From Chlamydiia bacterium (GTDB taxonomy: Bacteria > Chlamydiota > Chlamydiia > Chlamydiales > Rhabdochlamydiaceae): a stretch of 64,000 bases of DNA. Positions 1 through 10,194 of this stretch are shown piece by piece (the stretch's first letter is position 1; every line of letters starts with the position of its first letter). The position numbers and the translations under genes are program-made. The stretch spans positions 64,001-128,000 of the forward strand of contig CAWDOQ010000017.1 of assembly GCA_963804085.1 (NCBI GenBank). Direction: 5' to 3'. The notes under the pieces were generated by a model that was not told the origin of the DNA, ran no database searches, and was given only the letters and a program-made list of their open reading frames with translations.

Positions 1-813
1 TACTACGCCAGGGCGCGCCACCTGCATGCAGCAGCAAAAGAGGTCGTAGAGCGTCACGGGGGTTCTCTTCCTCAAAGACGCGAGGAGCTAGAAAAGATCA
101 AAGGACTCGGTCCCTACACGGTGGGAGCCATTTTGAGTTTTGCCTTTCACCAGAAGGCAGCAGCAGTAGATGCCAATGTCCTGCGCACGCTCGCCCGCTA
201 TTTTTTGATCGAAGAGGAGATCGATAAACCCAGCGTCCGCAAAAAAATAGAGGAGCTCACCCTCGAGCTTTTACCAGACGAGGAGCCCTGGGTGGTGATG
301 GAGGCGCTCATTGAACTTGGCGCAACAGTGTGTGGAAAAAAACCGCTTTGCTCTAGCTGTCCCCTTCGCACTAGCTGCTTGGCATACCGGCATAAAAAAA
401 CAGAAGTTTTGCCAAAGAGGCTTCCAAAAGCTAAGATCACTCTTTTACAAAGGTCGCTCCTCATCATTTGCCACGAAGAGGAGATTTTGGTGGGAAGAGT
501 CGAAGATAAAAAGGTGATGGCAGGGCTATATGAGTTTCCCTACTTGGAAGAGGTCCATGACACCGCATTTCTTAAAATGCACATAGAAAAAAAATGGGGA
601 CTAAAAGTGAACTTTGAAAGCCACTTGCCAGAAGTTTCGCATAGCTTCACCCGCTACAAGGCCCAGCTCCACCCTACTGTGTGGCAAGTAGAAGAAAAAG
701 CAGTTTGCGCTCCCTACCACTGGCACTCATTAGAAGAAGTGGGCAAGCTTCCATTTTCTTCTGGACATAGACGCATTTTAAAGGAGCTCATGCATGCGCA
801 TACTACACACTGA
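1..813 (+). CDS. mutY: A/G-specific adenine glycosylase (5'-truncated by window edge)
   Basis: Frame open from base 1 (YYARARHLH..., GLGPYT HhH motif), VDANV, CxxxxxxCxxCxxxxxC 4Fe-4S motif, C-terminal NUDIX-like HSFT. Confidence 0.95.
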   Translation, partial: YYARARHLHAAAKEVVERHGGSLPQRREELEKIKGLGPYTVGAILSFAFHQKAAAVDANVLRTLARYFLIEEEIDKPSVRKKIEELTLELLPDEEPWVVMEALIELGATVCGKKPLCSSCPLRTSCLAYRHKKTEVLPKRLPKAKITLLQRSLLIICHEEEILVGRVEDKKVMAGLYEFPYLEEVHDTAFLKMHIEKKWGLKVNFESHLPEVSHSFTRYKAQLHPTVWQVEEKAVCAPYHWHSLEEVGKLPFSSGHRRILKELMHAHTTH

Positions 814-1879
814 AAGTTCAAACGGTTGGGGAGGGCAGGAGATGCGCATCCTAAAAGAGGCCGAAGGGATGCGCGCGCGCGGCCACACCCTCTTTTTTGC
901 CGTCACGCGAGGCGGAAAGCTTGTCGAAAAGGCAAGAAAAAGCGGCTTTCGCGTCTATGAGATCCCCTTTAAAAAGCCGCTTGCGCTTTTGACCCTCTTA
1001 CTCCTTCTTTGGATTCTTCTGCGTCATAAGATCGAGCTTGTAAACACCCACTCCTCTTGGGATGCGTGGATCGCAGGAGTAGCCGCAAGAATACTCGGGA
1101 AAAAAATCATCCGCACCCGCCACCTCTCCACAGCAATTCGTCCGGGACTTAATAGCCGCCTTCTCTACAAAGGGCTTGCAGACTTTGTCGTCACTACATC
1201 TTCGCAAGTAGCTACTCTCATTCAAAAGCAGGCCGGCTTAACTTCTGCTCGCTGCTTGTCGATTCCGACCGGCGTAGACATAGACAAGTTGGTTGTAACA
1301 CCCGAAGAGATCGCAGAGTTTCGTAAAAGCATTGGCGTAAAAGAGGGGGAGTATCTCATTGGATGCGCCTGCATTGTCCGTTCTTGGAAAGGCATTCGCG
1401 ACCTTTTGCAAGCAGCCGCCCTTTTAAAAGAGCGCAAAGAGATCAAGTGGGTCATTGTCGGCGGCGGGTATTTGGAGAGTCACAAAAAGATTGCAGAAGC
1501 GCTCGCACTCCAAGACACAGTCACTTTTACAGGCCACCTAGATTCCCCCTTTGCTGCGATCGCAGCAATGGACATCTTCACCCTCCTCAGCACAGCCCAC
1601 GAAGGCGTCTCGCAAGCTAGCCTCCAAGCCGCCTTTTTAGAAAGACCCCTTCTTACCACCCCCATCGGAGGACTGCCCGAAGTCTGCATCGAAGGAGTCA
1701 CCGGTCTAATCGTCCCTCCCTCCTCTCCGGAAAAGGTCGCAGAAGCAGTGACCAAACTGCTCGATAACCCCCAACAGCGCCACACACTTGGCCAAAACGG
1801 CAACAGACTTGTTAAGGAAAAATTTACATTTCTCTCCACACTCAACCAGATGGAACAGATCTATAAATTAAAGTTTTAA
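794..1879 (+). CDS. Glycosyltransferase family 4 (GT-B)
   Basis: MRILHTESSNGWGGQE start, NTHSS, EGVSQASLQA and GGLPE GT4 motifs. Confidence 0.9.
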   Translation: MRILHTESSNGWGGQEMRILKEAEGMRARGHTLFFAVTRGGKLVEKARKSGFRVYEIPFKKPLALLTLLLLLWILLRHKIELVNTHSSWDAWIAGVAARILGKKIIRTRHLSTAIRPGLNSRLLYKGLADFVVTTSSQVATLIQKQAGLTSARCLSIPTGVDIDKLVVTPEEIAEFRKSIGVKEGEYLIGCACIVRSWKGIRDLLQAAALLKERKEIKWVIVGGGYLESHKKIAEALALQDTVTFTGHLDSPFAAIAAMDIFTLLSTAHEGVSQASLQAAFLERPLLTTPIGGLPEVCIEGVTGLIVPPSSPEKVAEAVTKLLDNPQQRHTLGQNGNRLVKEKFTFLSTLNQMEQIYKLKF

Positions 1880-1934
1880 TTATAGAACTATCTATAATTG
1901 ATCTTTTCCTCAAATTAAGTTAAAATAGTTGCCT

Positions 1935-3089
1935 ATGACACAAGCTATAACCAGACCAATCTTTAAAATTTCTGACCGTCTTGGCGAAGAGGTCCTATCC
2001 TACCTACCCAAAAGCGTCGTCTACAATGCAGTCTCCAAAACTTTTAGTCGTTGGAATAAACCACTTATGGAAAAGGAGTGGCAAGAGATGGTCAAAAATC
2101 CAAATCTCGCAAAATATGTAGTGACGATTCAGGCAGAGTCTCCGCTCTGTTTTAAGATCCTTTATGAGCGTCTCCACAAAACTTTTTGTACATATAGCGA
2201 TCTAGATAAGTTTAAAGAACGTGTAGCCTTCCCGCCACCCGAATTAAGAAATTCGGCATTTGCCGGTTCTTATGCAAAAGAGTGTTTTGAAGAGGCGTGG
2301 GCACGCACGCGAAGGGCAGAAGATAATAATTTGAGTCTGGCCTGGCATGACGATAAGGGAGGGGGGCTTTACAGTGGCTTGGGTCTTACTTTCCGTTTCG
2401 AGTGGGAGAAGAGTCCAAAACAGATCCGAGCTTATTTAAACGCCGCTGAAAATCAAGAAACGCTCAATAGGCATTCTGGGATAAGCATAAACGATCAAAG
2501 ACTTAATGCAATTCCTCAAGAGGTCGTTAAATTTAAAGGCTCGCGCTATCTCTACGCTAGCCACAACAATATCCGCGCCTTTCCCGAAGTAATACTCCAG
2601 ATGAAAAATCTGGAACGCGTGGATTTAGCAGAAAATCCCATCACTGTCTTTCCTGAAGAGATGTATAACCATTGCTTTACCTTGGACAACTGGTTGGGTA
2701 GGCCTTTTGATCAAGAATATCATGTGATACAGCCCTCCGACTGGCCCTTTGGCATTTTTAATCCTCCTGCACACACCACTTTGGACAATGGCTATATCCA
2801 GCTTTCAAAAAAGAATTTAAAAGAGATCCCTTTTGCCATGTGGCTACGAGAAAAATTGCGCGTGCCGAATCTTTTTCAGATGATTTTGGGTCAAAAGATG
2901 GACGACTGGGCGCCTGGTCTTCCTTGCATCTTAAGATGGCCCTTTATCATTGCCTCAGCCCTCGTTGCAATACTCATAGTCGCCCTCCCCACTTGGATCC
3001 TCAATCAGTTTCTGTCGCTTGCTGTGGTGCCTGTCGTCACGAAGGCGCGCGAGCTTCTCGGCTATGGCCGCATGATCAGGTTAGATTGA
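1935..3089 (+). CDS. Putative effector: F-box-like N-terminus, short LRR array, C-terminal hydrophobic segment
   Basis: EEVLSYLP...VSKTF (F-box-like); LYASHNNIRAFP and VDLAENPITVFP LRRs; C-terminal TM helix; paralogs at 3091 and 51330. Confidence 0.6.
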   Translation: MTQAITRPIFKISDRLGEEVLSYLPKSVVYNAVSKTFSRWNKPLMEKEWQEMVKNPNLAKYVVTIQAESPLCFKILYERLHKTFCTYSDLDKFKERVAFPPPELRNSAFAGSYAKECFEEAWARTRRAEDNNLSLAWHDDKGGGLYSGLGLTFRFEWEKSPKQIRAYLNAAENQETLNRHSGISINDQRLNAIPQEVVKFKGSRYLYASHNNIRAFPEVILQMKNLERVDLAENPITVFPEEMYNHCFTLDNWLGRPFDQEYHVIQPSDWPFGIFNPPAHTTLDNGYIQLSKKNLKEIPFAMWLREKLRVPNLFQMILGQKMDDWAPGLPCILRWPFIIASALVAILIVALPTWILNQFLSLAVVPVVTKARELLGYGRMIRLD

Positions 3090-3090
3090 T

Positions 3091-4255
3091 ATGACTCCTC
3101 TTTCCTATGATGTAGGCAAAACGATTTTAGCGTTCTCGCCGGAGGTAACGCACGCGCAAGTGAGCAAGACATTCGCTGCTTGGACTAAGAAGGCAATGGA
3201 GCAGGAGTGGCGAGCTGCTGGGAAGCAATCCGCTTCTAGAAAAGCAAGTTGCGGCGATTACTGATCCGCTTCCTCTTTGCTTTAAAAAGCTTCTAAACGA
3301 ACAGCGCGAAGCCTTTCTCACTTCGACCTTGTATTACGCATTTATAAAAGCACAGCCAGCGTTTGCCGGCTCCTACAGCCGCGCCCGCTTTGAGAAGGGC
3401 GCACTACTTCTTGTAGGGGATGGTCAAGAACAGGATAGGAACTTAGAGAGAGCGTGGCGACCAGCAGCTGGGCAGGAAGGAATTGCACGTGCGCTCGGGC
3501 TTAATGACTATGCGCCCGATTTCCAAAAACGGCAAAAAAGATTCGCGCTTATTTAAATAATCCCGCAAACCTTGCAGCCATTAATCTAGTTCAACAGTTT
3601 GACATATATGAAAGAGGGCTTACAGGGATTCCTCTCGAAATTGCAAGATTTCCAATGCTTCGAGAGCTCTACTTAGACCGTAATCAGATCCGCTGTGTCC
3701 CCAAAGAGATCTATAATTTAGAACATCTGGATACCGTGAGTTTTTCAGCTAATCGATTTGAGCACATTCCTAAAATGTCTATAGCAGCCAAAGATTTTAT
3801 CGATTTCAGATCCAACCCTATCAAGATCTTTCCAGAAGATGTGTATGACTACTACTTTACGTATGAAAACTGGTTGGGTAAACCTTTTAGCGATTCACCG
3901 GACTTTTTCCGTTGGTTTGGCTATGGGTATCTTTTTGGATATATCGGTAATCCATGCAATATGTACATCAATGTAATCGGATTGAGCCAGAAAGAGTTAA
4001 GAGAGATCCCTTTTGCCTTATGGATGCGAGAGAAACTTTACATGATCAACCCCGTCAGTATGCTCAACCCTGAGGAGCATCTCAGCTGTTTACCCGAATT
4101 TTTACAAAATGCAGCCGGAGTGACCTGCGTAGCAATTGCTATACTTATTGCCCCCTTCTTGTGGGTTCTCAATCGAGTTTCTATCGCTTGTTGTCGTGCC
4201 TGTCGTCACGAAGGCGCGTGAGCTTCTTGGCTATGGCCGCATGATCAAGGTGTAG
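3091..4255 (+). pseudogene. Frameshifted tandem paralog of the 1935-3089 LRR protein
   Basis: Pieces in different frames align with the paralog (VSKTF..W.K..ME.EW; PLCFK; AFAGSY; IRAYLN; LYLDRNQIR; EIPFALW; VTKARELLGYGRMI); three frameshifts near 3210, 3525 and 4175. Confidence 0.75.
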
Positions 4256-4294
4256 ACTCATTTTTGATTAGGTATGTGAGGGCGCGAAGCGGTT

Positions 4295-4406
4295 TGGAGT
4301 GCTGCGACTTGTCGCAGCTTTGTTAGACATCGACTTGTCGATGCTCTTCAAAAGATGCCGCGACAAGTCGCGTCAGAGAAAAGCGGCGACGAGTCGCCGC
4401 ACTCCA
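4295..4406. repeat. REP/MITE-like palindromic element with four GAC-TT/AA-GTC hairpins, copy 1
   Basis: TGGAGTGC...GCACTCCA termini; homologous copy at 32405-32515. Confidence 0.85.
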
Positions 4407-4415
4407 TACCAGTCC

Positions 4416-4561
4416 TAACGGTCTGACATCTTCATCGCTATGTGAAAGAGGCTCTTCTCTTGCTTTCTTCAATCGTGCCCGCGTCCGCGCCCGCATGCGC
4501 GCCCGATCTTCTCTTTTTCTTAACGGTCTGACATCTCCATCGCCATGTGATAGAGGCTCTT
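4416..4561. repeat. 41-bp direct repeat (4416-4456 and 4521-4561) flanking a GC-rich repeat unit
   Basis: 38/41 identity; duplicates the 3' end of the 4520-4891 gene. Confidence 0.85.
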
Positions 4562-4891
4562 GCCGCCATATAATCCTAGCTTCAGAAATACTAGAGGGGG
4601 CACGAACATCGAAAGCACCAGCCATGCGATTGCGAGTACGAGTTGGGTGAGCTTTTCCTGCTTGAATACAAAATGAAAGCTCTTTTTGAAAAATAGCTCG
4701 ACTCGGGCGGCTACGACTACGCCTAAGATACCGCCAAGGCTTGCGAGGACAACGCACCAGCCTGTTCCAAAGAAAACAAAACTAAAGAAGCAAGCGAGAA
4801 TAAAAGACAAACAAAAGAAGACTTCTAATTTGTATTTCTTTGTAAACTCTTCGACTTCTTTAACTGAAACTGAATCTTTTTTTCCGTTCAT
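4520..4891 (-). CDS. Small hypothetical membrane protein
   Basis: Three to four hydrophobic helices; GGAAGG RBS before ATG at 4891. Confidence 0.75.
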   Translation of the reverse strand: MNGKKDSVSVKEVEEFTKKYKLEVFFCLSFILACFFSFVFFGTGWCVVLASLGGILGVVVAARVELFFKKSFHFVFKQEKLTQLVLAIAWLVLSMFVPPLVFLKLGLYGGKSLYHMAMEMSDR

Positions 4892-5008
4892 ATACACCTT
4901 CCTCTTGCAATAGGTCTTTTTCGGCATTTAAATATTTTTTATAATTATTAGCAACCACCTTCGAGATATCTTTGTATTTTTAAGGTTTATCCCCTAGAAT
5001 CTTAACTC

Positions 5009-6292
5009 ATGTTTATCGGGAATTGTTCGGGATTTCAGCCCGACGGAGTTTGGAAGTATGCGAACAAAGGATGTGCAGCGGCAGGAGCGGCTCTTATCTT
5101 TGCTTTTTGCGCGCTCTCTTTTTTCACACTTAAACAAAAAGATCCGGTGGCTGTGTCGATGAGTTCTAGTTCTCTGAGTTTAGAAAAGAGGTATCTTCCT
5201 ACCGAAGCCTACGAAGCGATAGGAACGAACGCGCTTGCGCTCTCTAGCTACCGCTTCTCAGAATTCATTCCGCGCTTAAGCCGAGAGGTGGTTCTTCTCG
5301 CTCGCAACACACGTCCGGACGCATACAAAAGCGAGGCCTCTGTGCTCCTGGGTCTTAAGAGCGCCAAAGAGGAGAGGGTGGTAAAGAGCGGAGAGACCTT
5401 CTACTTGAAAGATAACGAAAAGGGGTGGAGGAGTCTTCTCACCTTCTCTCCAAAATCTACCGGCCTTGTGCTCAAGCCTCTTTTCACAGAGAAGGGAGCC
5501 GTCAGCTTCGAAGTGGCAAAAGAGGGGGAGCATGAGAAGCGCCAGTTTTCTCTCTCTTCCGTGTTAACAACAGGACAGGTCACAAGCCCGCTTCTGAAAA
5601 AACAGGAGACGCCCTACATGCAGTCTCTTAAGCAGGCTAAATGCTGGGGGAAAGATATTCTTTTGCAGGAGTATGGGGGAGAGGAGTACCGGCGCATGCG
5701 CGATAAGCAGAAAGTCCAGTTAGACAGCGGAGGGAGCTCCTACGTCTCCTATGTGGCGCAAGGCGACTATCTCACCTGGCAAGAGGAGAAGTGGAAGGTG
5801 GTCCCCTTCGAAGAGGTAAAACCCGACGCTCCTGTGGCGTATGTCCAATCTGCGACTCCGAAAGGAGTGGAGATTGTCGCCTGGGATGAGACCGGCTTTT
5901 TCCGCTCTCAACTGAAAGCCGAAGCGCAAGCTGCTCCCAAGCTTGCCTTTAAACCGGAGCAGTTCTTGACCTCCGTACGCTTGAGAAATAACTCGCAGGT
6001 CACGTGTGTTGCAGGAAAAAGACGGCTGATCTTGAACCAAGGAGACTGGCTTTTAAAGACCGCTTCCGGCTGGCGCCATCTTAAAAAATGGCAGCAGATC
6101 GAAGAATGTCTACAGCACCGATTGCGCGGAGAGCTGTTCATTGTAGATAGCATCGATAAGACTCAGGGAAAAGCGATGCTCCAAGGCAATTATTTTGATG
6201 AGATGCGCACGCAAATTGTTCCTGTATCGATTCCCATAACCTCTGAGCAAAAGCCTGCGCGCTCACACACAAAAAGAAAACGAGAGTTGTAA
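5009..6292 (+). CDS. Conserved chlamydial protein preceding gspD (single N-terminal TM; possible T2SS accessory subunit)
   Basis: 427-aa ORF 3 bp upstream of gspD, N-terminal TM helix. Confidence 0.65.
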   Translation: MFIGNCSGFQPDGVWKYANKGCAAAGAALIFAFCALSFFTLKQKDPVAVSMSSSSLSLEKRYLPTEAYEAIGTNALALSSYRFSEFIPRLSREVVLLARNTRPDAYKSEASVLLGLKSAKEERVVKSGETFYLKDNEKGWRSLLTFSPKSTGLVLKPLFTEKGAVSFEVAKEGEHEKRQFSLSSVLTTGQVTSPLLKKQETPYMQSLKQAKCWGKDILLQEYGGEEYRRMRDKQKVQLDSGGSSYVSYVAQGDYLTWQEEKWKVVPFEEVKPDAPVAYVQSATPKGVEIVAWDETGFFRSQLKAEAQAAPKLAFKPEQFLTSVRLRNNSQVTCVAGKRRLILNQGDWLLKTASGWRHLKKWQQIEECLQHRLRGELFIVDSIDKTQGKAMLQGNYFDEMRTQIVPVSIPITSEQKPARSHTKRKREL

Positions 6293-6295
6293 AAG

Positions 6296-8621
6296 ATGCG
6301 ATATCTTCTCCCACTATTTATTTTGGCAGCAGCTCTTCCACAAAAAGGGATGGGGCAGACGATCTCGGAGAAAAAAGCCCAAACCTCTCCCAAAAAAGAG
6401 GGCTATGGAGCAAATGGCGAGAATCTTTTGCAAAAGGTCAACCAGGATCTGATCTCTTTGCGCAGCGAGCTCAGTGACTGCTACAGCAAGATAGACAGCC
6501 TATACACTCAGGAAGCAAAAGATGAGGAGTATGCCGCTCTCCTAGAGCATGTCAATGGCATTAAACAGGAGATCTCTCAGTTAGAAGAGGGGTGGCGCGA
6601 GAAAGCAGTGCTCGACATGAAGCGAGAAGATGAGGGGTATGCTCTCTGGGATCAGGAGGAGACGACTCTGGGTCAGATCGTAATGGAGTATGGAGCTTTA
6701 GACTACCTCTACATCGTGCCTCCCGAGATGGCTGCACTCAAGCTGCAGATGCACTCGAGCATCCCGATTCCACGCGAGGCATGGAGCGATGTTCTAGAGA
6801 TAATCCTCGCGCAAAACGGGATCGGCATTAAAAAATTAAACGCCTACACGCGCCAGCTCTTTTTGCTTAAGCAGGACCCATCTGCTGTAAAAAATATCGC
6901 AAGCTCCCTGCACGATCTTGGAAGAGTCCCTAACTACGCACGTCTTTTCTACCTCCTCTCTCCTCCGATCGAGCAGGTAAAAGCAGTATTCCAGTTTTTA
7001 GAGAGATTTGCCGACGCAAGACAGACCTTTGTCTATCAGCTCGGCACTAAGATCGCGATCGTCTCTTCCAAAGAGGAGGTCGAACGGCTTCTCTCTCTTT
7101 ACAGCACGGTGTGGGCAGACGGCTCGGGCAAGATCTCGCGCGTCGTGCCGGTAACCAAGATGAACGTAAAAGAGATGGAAAAGCTTCTGCAATCTTTCTT
7201 TGGCGACACGATCGAAAAGGTGAAGGTCCCCTTTGGAAAAGTCGAGCAGGAGGGGCTCACCGTGCTTCCACTTGCACAAGGAAGATCGCTTATCTTGATC
7301 GGTACACCTGCAGTGGTGGACCGCGCAGAGAAGATCATCCAAGAAACAGAAGAGCAGCTGCAAAACCCCTCTGAGATGACCGTCTTTTTGTACAGCTGCC
7401 GTCATAGCGATCCTACAGAGCTCTCCAAAGTGCTCGACAAGGTCTACTCCTCTTTACTCTATGCAGCACCCGAAGGCGAGCGTGACAACTACGAGGTGAA
7501 CTACACGCTTCAAGGACCGGGCACTAAACCTGCCGACGGCTATGCTCAGAATCCGCCGGCTCTTGCCAATCCACCCCCTTCTACTCATCCAACCGTCATC
7601 TCGCATACAGAATATGAGGAGGAGGGATCAGACCACTTTATCCCCGATCCTAAAACGGGCACGATCCTGATGGTGATCCGCAGAGACACGCTTCCGAAAG
7701 TCAAAGAGCTCCTCCGCAAGCTTGATGTCCCGAAGAAGATGGTGCAGATCGAGGTACTCCTTTTTGAGAAGAGGCTGAACCAGCAGAACAATTTTGGCTT
7801 GAACCTCCTCAAACTGGGGCCAAAAGCCAACCATATAAAATTTGAGTCGGGCAATGCGCCGAGCGGCCCGGGCGTACTACAATTCTTCTTCAGCCGTGGA
7901 AGCAGCAAGTGCTTTCCTTCTTTTGATTTGGCCTACAACTTTCTCATGACGCAAGAGGATATCCAGCTAAATGCGGCCCCTTCTATCGTCACGGTCAATC
8001 AGACTCCTGCGACGATTGCGATTACTGAGGAGATCTCGATCAACAATGGTGCGGCTCCTATCGATACCAACAAAGGGATCGCCTTTTGAAAAGTCGTTCA
8101 CGCGTGCCCAGTATGGTATCACCATCGTGCTGACGCCTACGATCCATCTTCCCGACAATGAGAAGGATATAGGCGAAGAGGGCAAGGGGTTTGTGACACT
8201 GCAGACCGACATCACTTTTGATACGACCAAGCCCCATCCGGACGACCGTCCTCTTGTCGATAAGCGCCACATCCAGAACGAGGTGCGCGTGGTAGATGGC
8301 CAGACGATCATCCTAGGCGGCCTGAGAAGAAAGGCGAGCCAAGACTCTCAAGAGAAGCTCCCCTTCTTGGGTGAGATCCCCGGCCTGGGCAAGCTCTTTG
8401 GATCGACAAAACTCACCGACAACAACACAGAGATGTTCTTTTTCATCACCCCAAAAATCATCTTAGATCCGAAAGAGGAGTTTGATCTCTTGCGCACAGA
8501 AGAGCTTAAGAAGCGCGCAGGCGATATCCCCGAATTTTTAGAGAAGATGGTCGAAGCGCGCAATAAAGAGCGCAAGAAGTTTTTCCAAAACAGTCTGAAG
8601 ATAATCTTGCACGGAACATGA
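6296..8621 (+). CDS. gspD: Type II secretion secretin GspD, split by a one-base frameshift at about 8084-8087
   Basis: Signal peptide; LDVPKKMVQIEV; GITIVLTPTI, DGQTIILGGL and LPFLGEIPGLGKLF secretin motifs across two frames; removing one T from GCCTTTTGAA fuses them. Confidence 0.9.
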
Positions 8622-10192
8622 TTGCAGAAGAGATTGAGACCTTAGGCGAACGTTTTGGCATTCCGGTCGTAACGGACCTCTCCACATATACCTTTGTCAA
8701 AGAGAAGAGGCAGATGCTCCCTTACGCTTTTGTAAAAAAGCGGCTGCTTCTGCCTTTGTGTGAGGAGGGAGACAAGATCCTCGTTGCGCTCTCAAATCCT
8801 CTTGATCTGGATGCGCTCGATGAGGCGCGCGCCTTTTTAAAGAGGGAGATCCAAGAGATCCTCTCCTCTCAGCAAACTCTCGAAGAGGCGATCGAGCTAT
8901 GCTACCACCAGAAGGACAACGAAGCCAAAGAGCTGATTGCGAGCTTGCATCAAGCAGGAGATAAAAGCTTAGACGAGGGAGAGGGGTATGACCTTCTCGA
9001 GCAGAGCGCAGGCTCTCCTGTTATCCGCATGCTCAACGCGATGCTTTTAGAAGCGATCCAGCAAGGCGCCTCCGATGTCCATTTCGAGCCTATGGAGAAT
9101 GGCACTTCCGTGCGCTACCGCATCGACGGAGTCCTCCAGATGCGCCACGCGCCGTCTCGCGAGTTCCAGTCGCAGCTTATCACGCGTATCAAGGTGATGG
9201 CCCAGCTCGATATCGCCGAGCAGCGTCTACCGCAAGATGGACGCATCAAACTTAAAATGGGTAAGCGCGAGATCGACTTTCGTGTCAGCACAGTGCCTGT
9301 GGTTTTTGGCGAGAGGATCGTGCTCCGTATTCTCGACAAGAGCAATGTGATGGTAGGACTTAACAAGATCGGCATGCGCCCTGCCATTTTGGAGGCGTTT
9401 CAACACCAGATCAGCTTAAGCGAAGGGATCGTTCTTGTGACAGGGCCGACCGGAAGCGGTAAGACGACAACACTTTATAGCGCGATCTCCGAGATAAACT
9501 CATCTGAGATGAATATCATGACGATCGAAGACCCTGTTGAGTATAAGCTCCAAGGGATGGCTCAGATCGGCGTAAATCCAAAGATCGATCTTAATTTTGC
9601 TACTGGCCTCCGCCATATTTTAAGACAAGATCCCGATGTGATCATGATCGGAGAGATACGCGACAAGGAGACAGCAGAGATCGCGATTCAAGCAGCGCTT
9701 ACCGGACACCTTGTCTTGAGCACACTGCACACCAACGACGCGCCTTCGGCACTGACTCGCCTAGTCGACATGGGGATCGAGCCCTATCTGCTCTCCTCTT
9801 CTGTTGTGGGCGTGCTGGCCCAGCGCCTTGTGCGGATGATCTGTCCCGACTGCCGCACTTCCTATACGCCATCGGAGCGCGAGCTTGCCGATTTAGGAAT
9901 CTCTCAAGACAGACTCAAGGACGGTCAGCTATTTAAAGGTGCGGGGTGCTCTTCCTGCTTCGGATCGGGATACAAGGGCCGCTGCGGAATTTATGAGCTT
10001 ATGCCCGTCACGAGCGCAATCAAACGCCAGCTTTTAAAAAGTGCCGATTCAGTCGAGCTGCAAAAAGTAGCCGCGACTGAAGGGATGTGCAACTTGCGCG
10101 AAGAGGGGGCCCACTTGGTCTTGGCCGGCATCTCTTCCAGTGCAGAGGTTCTGCGCGTCACACGCAGCTTTGAAGATCAGAGGATAATATAG
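8618..10192 (+). CDS. gspE: Type II secretion ATPase
   Basis: ASDVHFEP, GPTGSGKTT, TIEDPVEY, LRQDPDVIMIGEIRD, LSTLHTND, CxxC...CxxC. Confidence 0.97.
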   Translation: MIAEEIETLGERFGIPVVTDLSTYTFVKEKRQMLPYAFVKKRLLLPLCEEGDKILVALSNPLDLDALDEARAFLKREIQEILSSQQTLEEAIELCYHQKDNEAKELIASLHQAGDKSLDEGEGYDLLEQSAGSPVIRMLNAMLLEAIQQGASDVHFEPMENGTSVRYRIDGVLQMRHAPSREFQSQLITRIKVMAQLDIAEQRLPQDGRIKLKMGKREIDFRVSTVPVVFGERIVLRILDKSNVMVGLNKIGMRPAILEAFQHQISLSEGIVLVTGPTGSGKTTTLYSAISEINSSEMNIMTIEDPVEYKLQGMAQIGVNPKIDLNFATGLRHILRQDPDVIMIGEIRDKETAEIAIQAALTGHLVLSTLHTNDAPSALTRLVDMGIEPYLLSSSVVGVLAQRLVRMICPDCRTSYTPSERELADLGISQDRLKDGQLFKGAGCSSCFGSGYKGRCGIYELMPVTSAIKRQLLKSADSVELQKVAATEGMCNLREEGAHLVLAGISSSAEVLRVTRSFEDQRII

Positions 10193-10194
10193 AG

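Noticed and set aside
4416..4561. Diversity-generating retroelement TR/VR pair
   Set aside because: Only 41 bp, mismatches not confined to adenines of one copy, and no reverse transcriptase nearby
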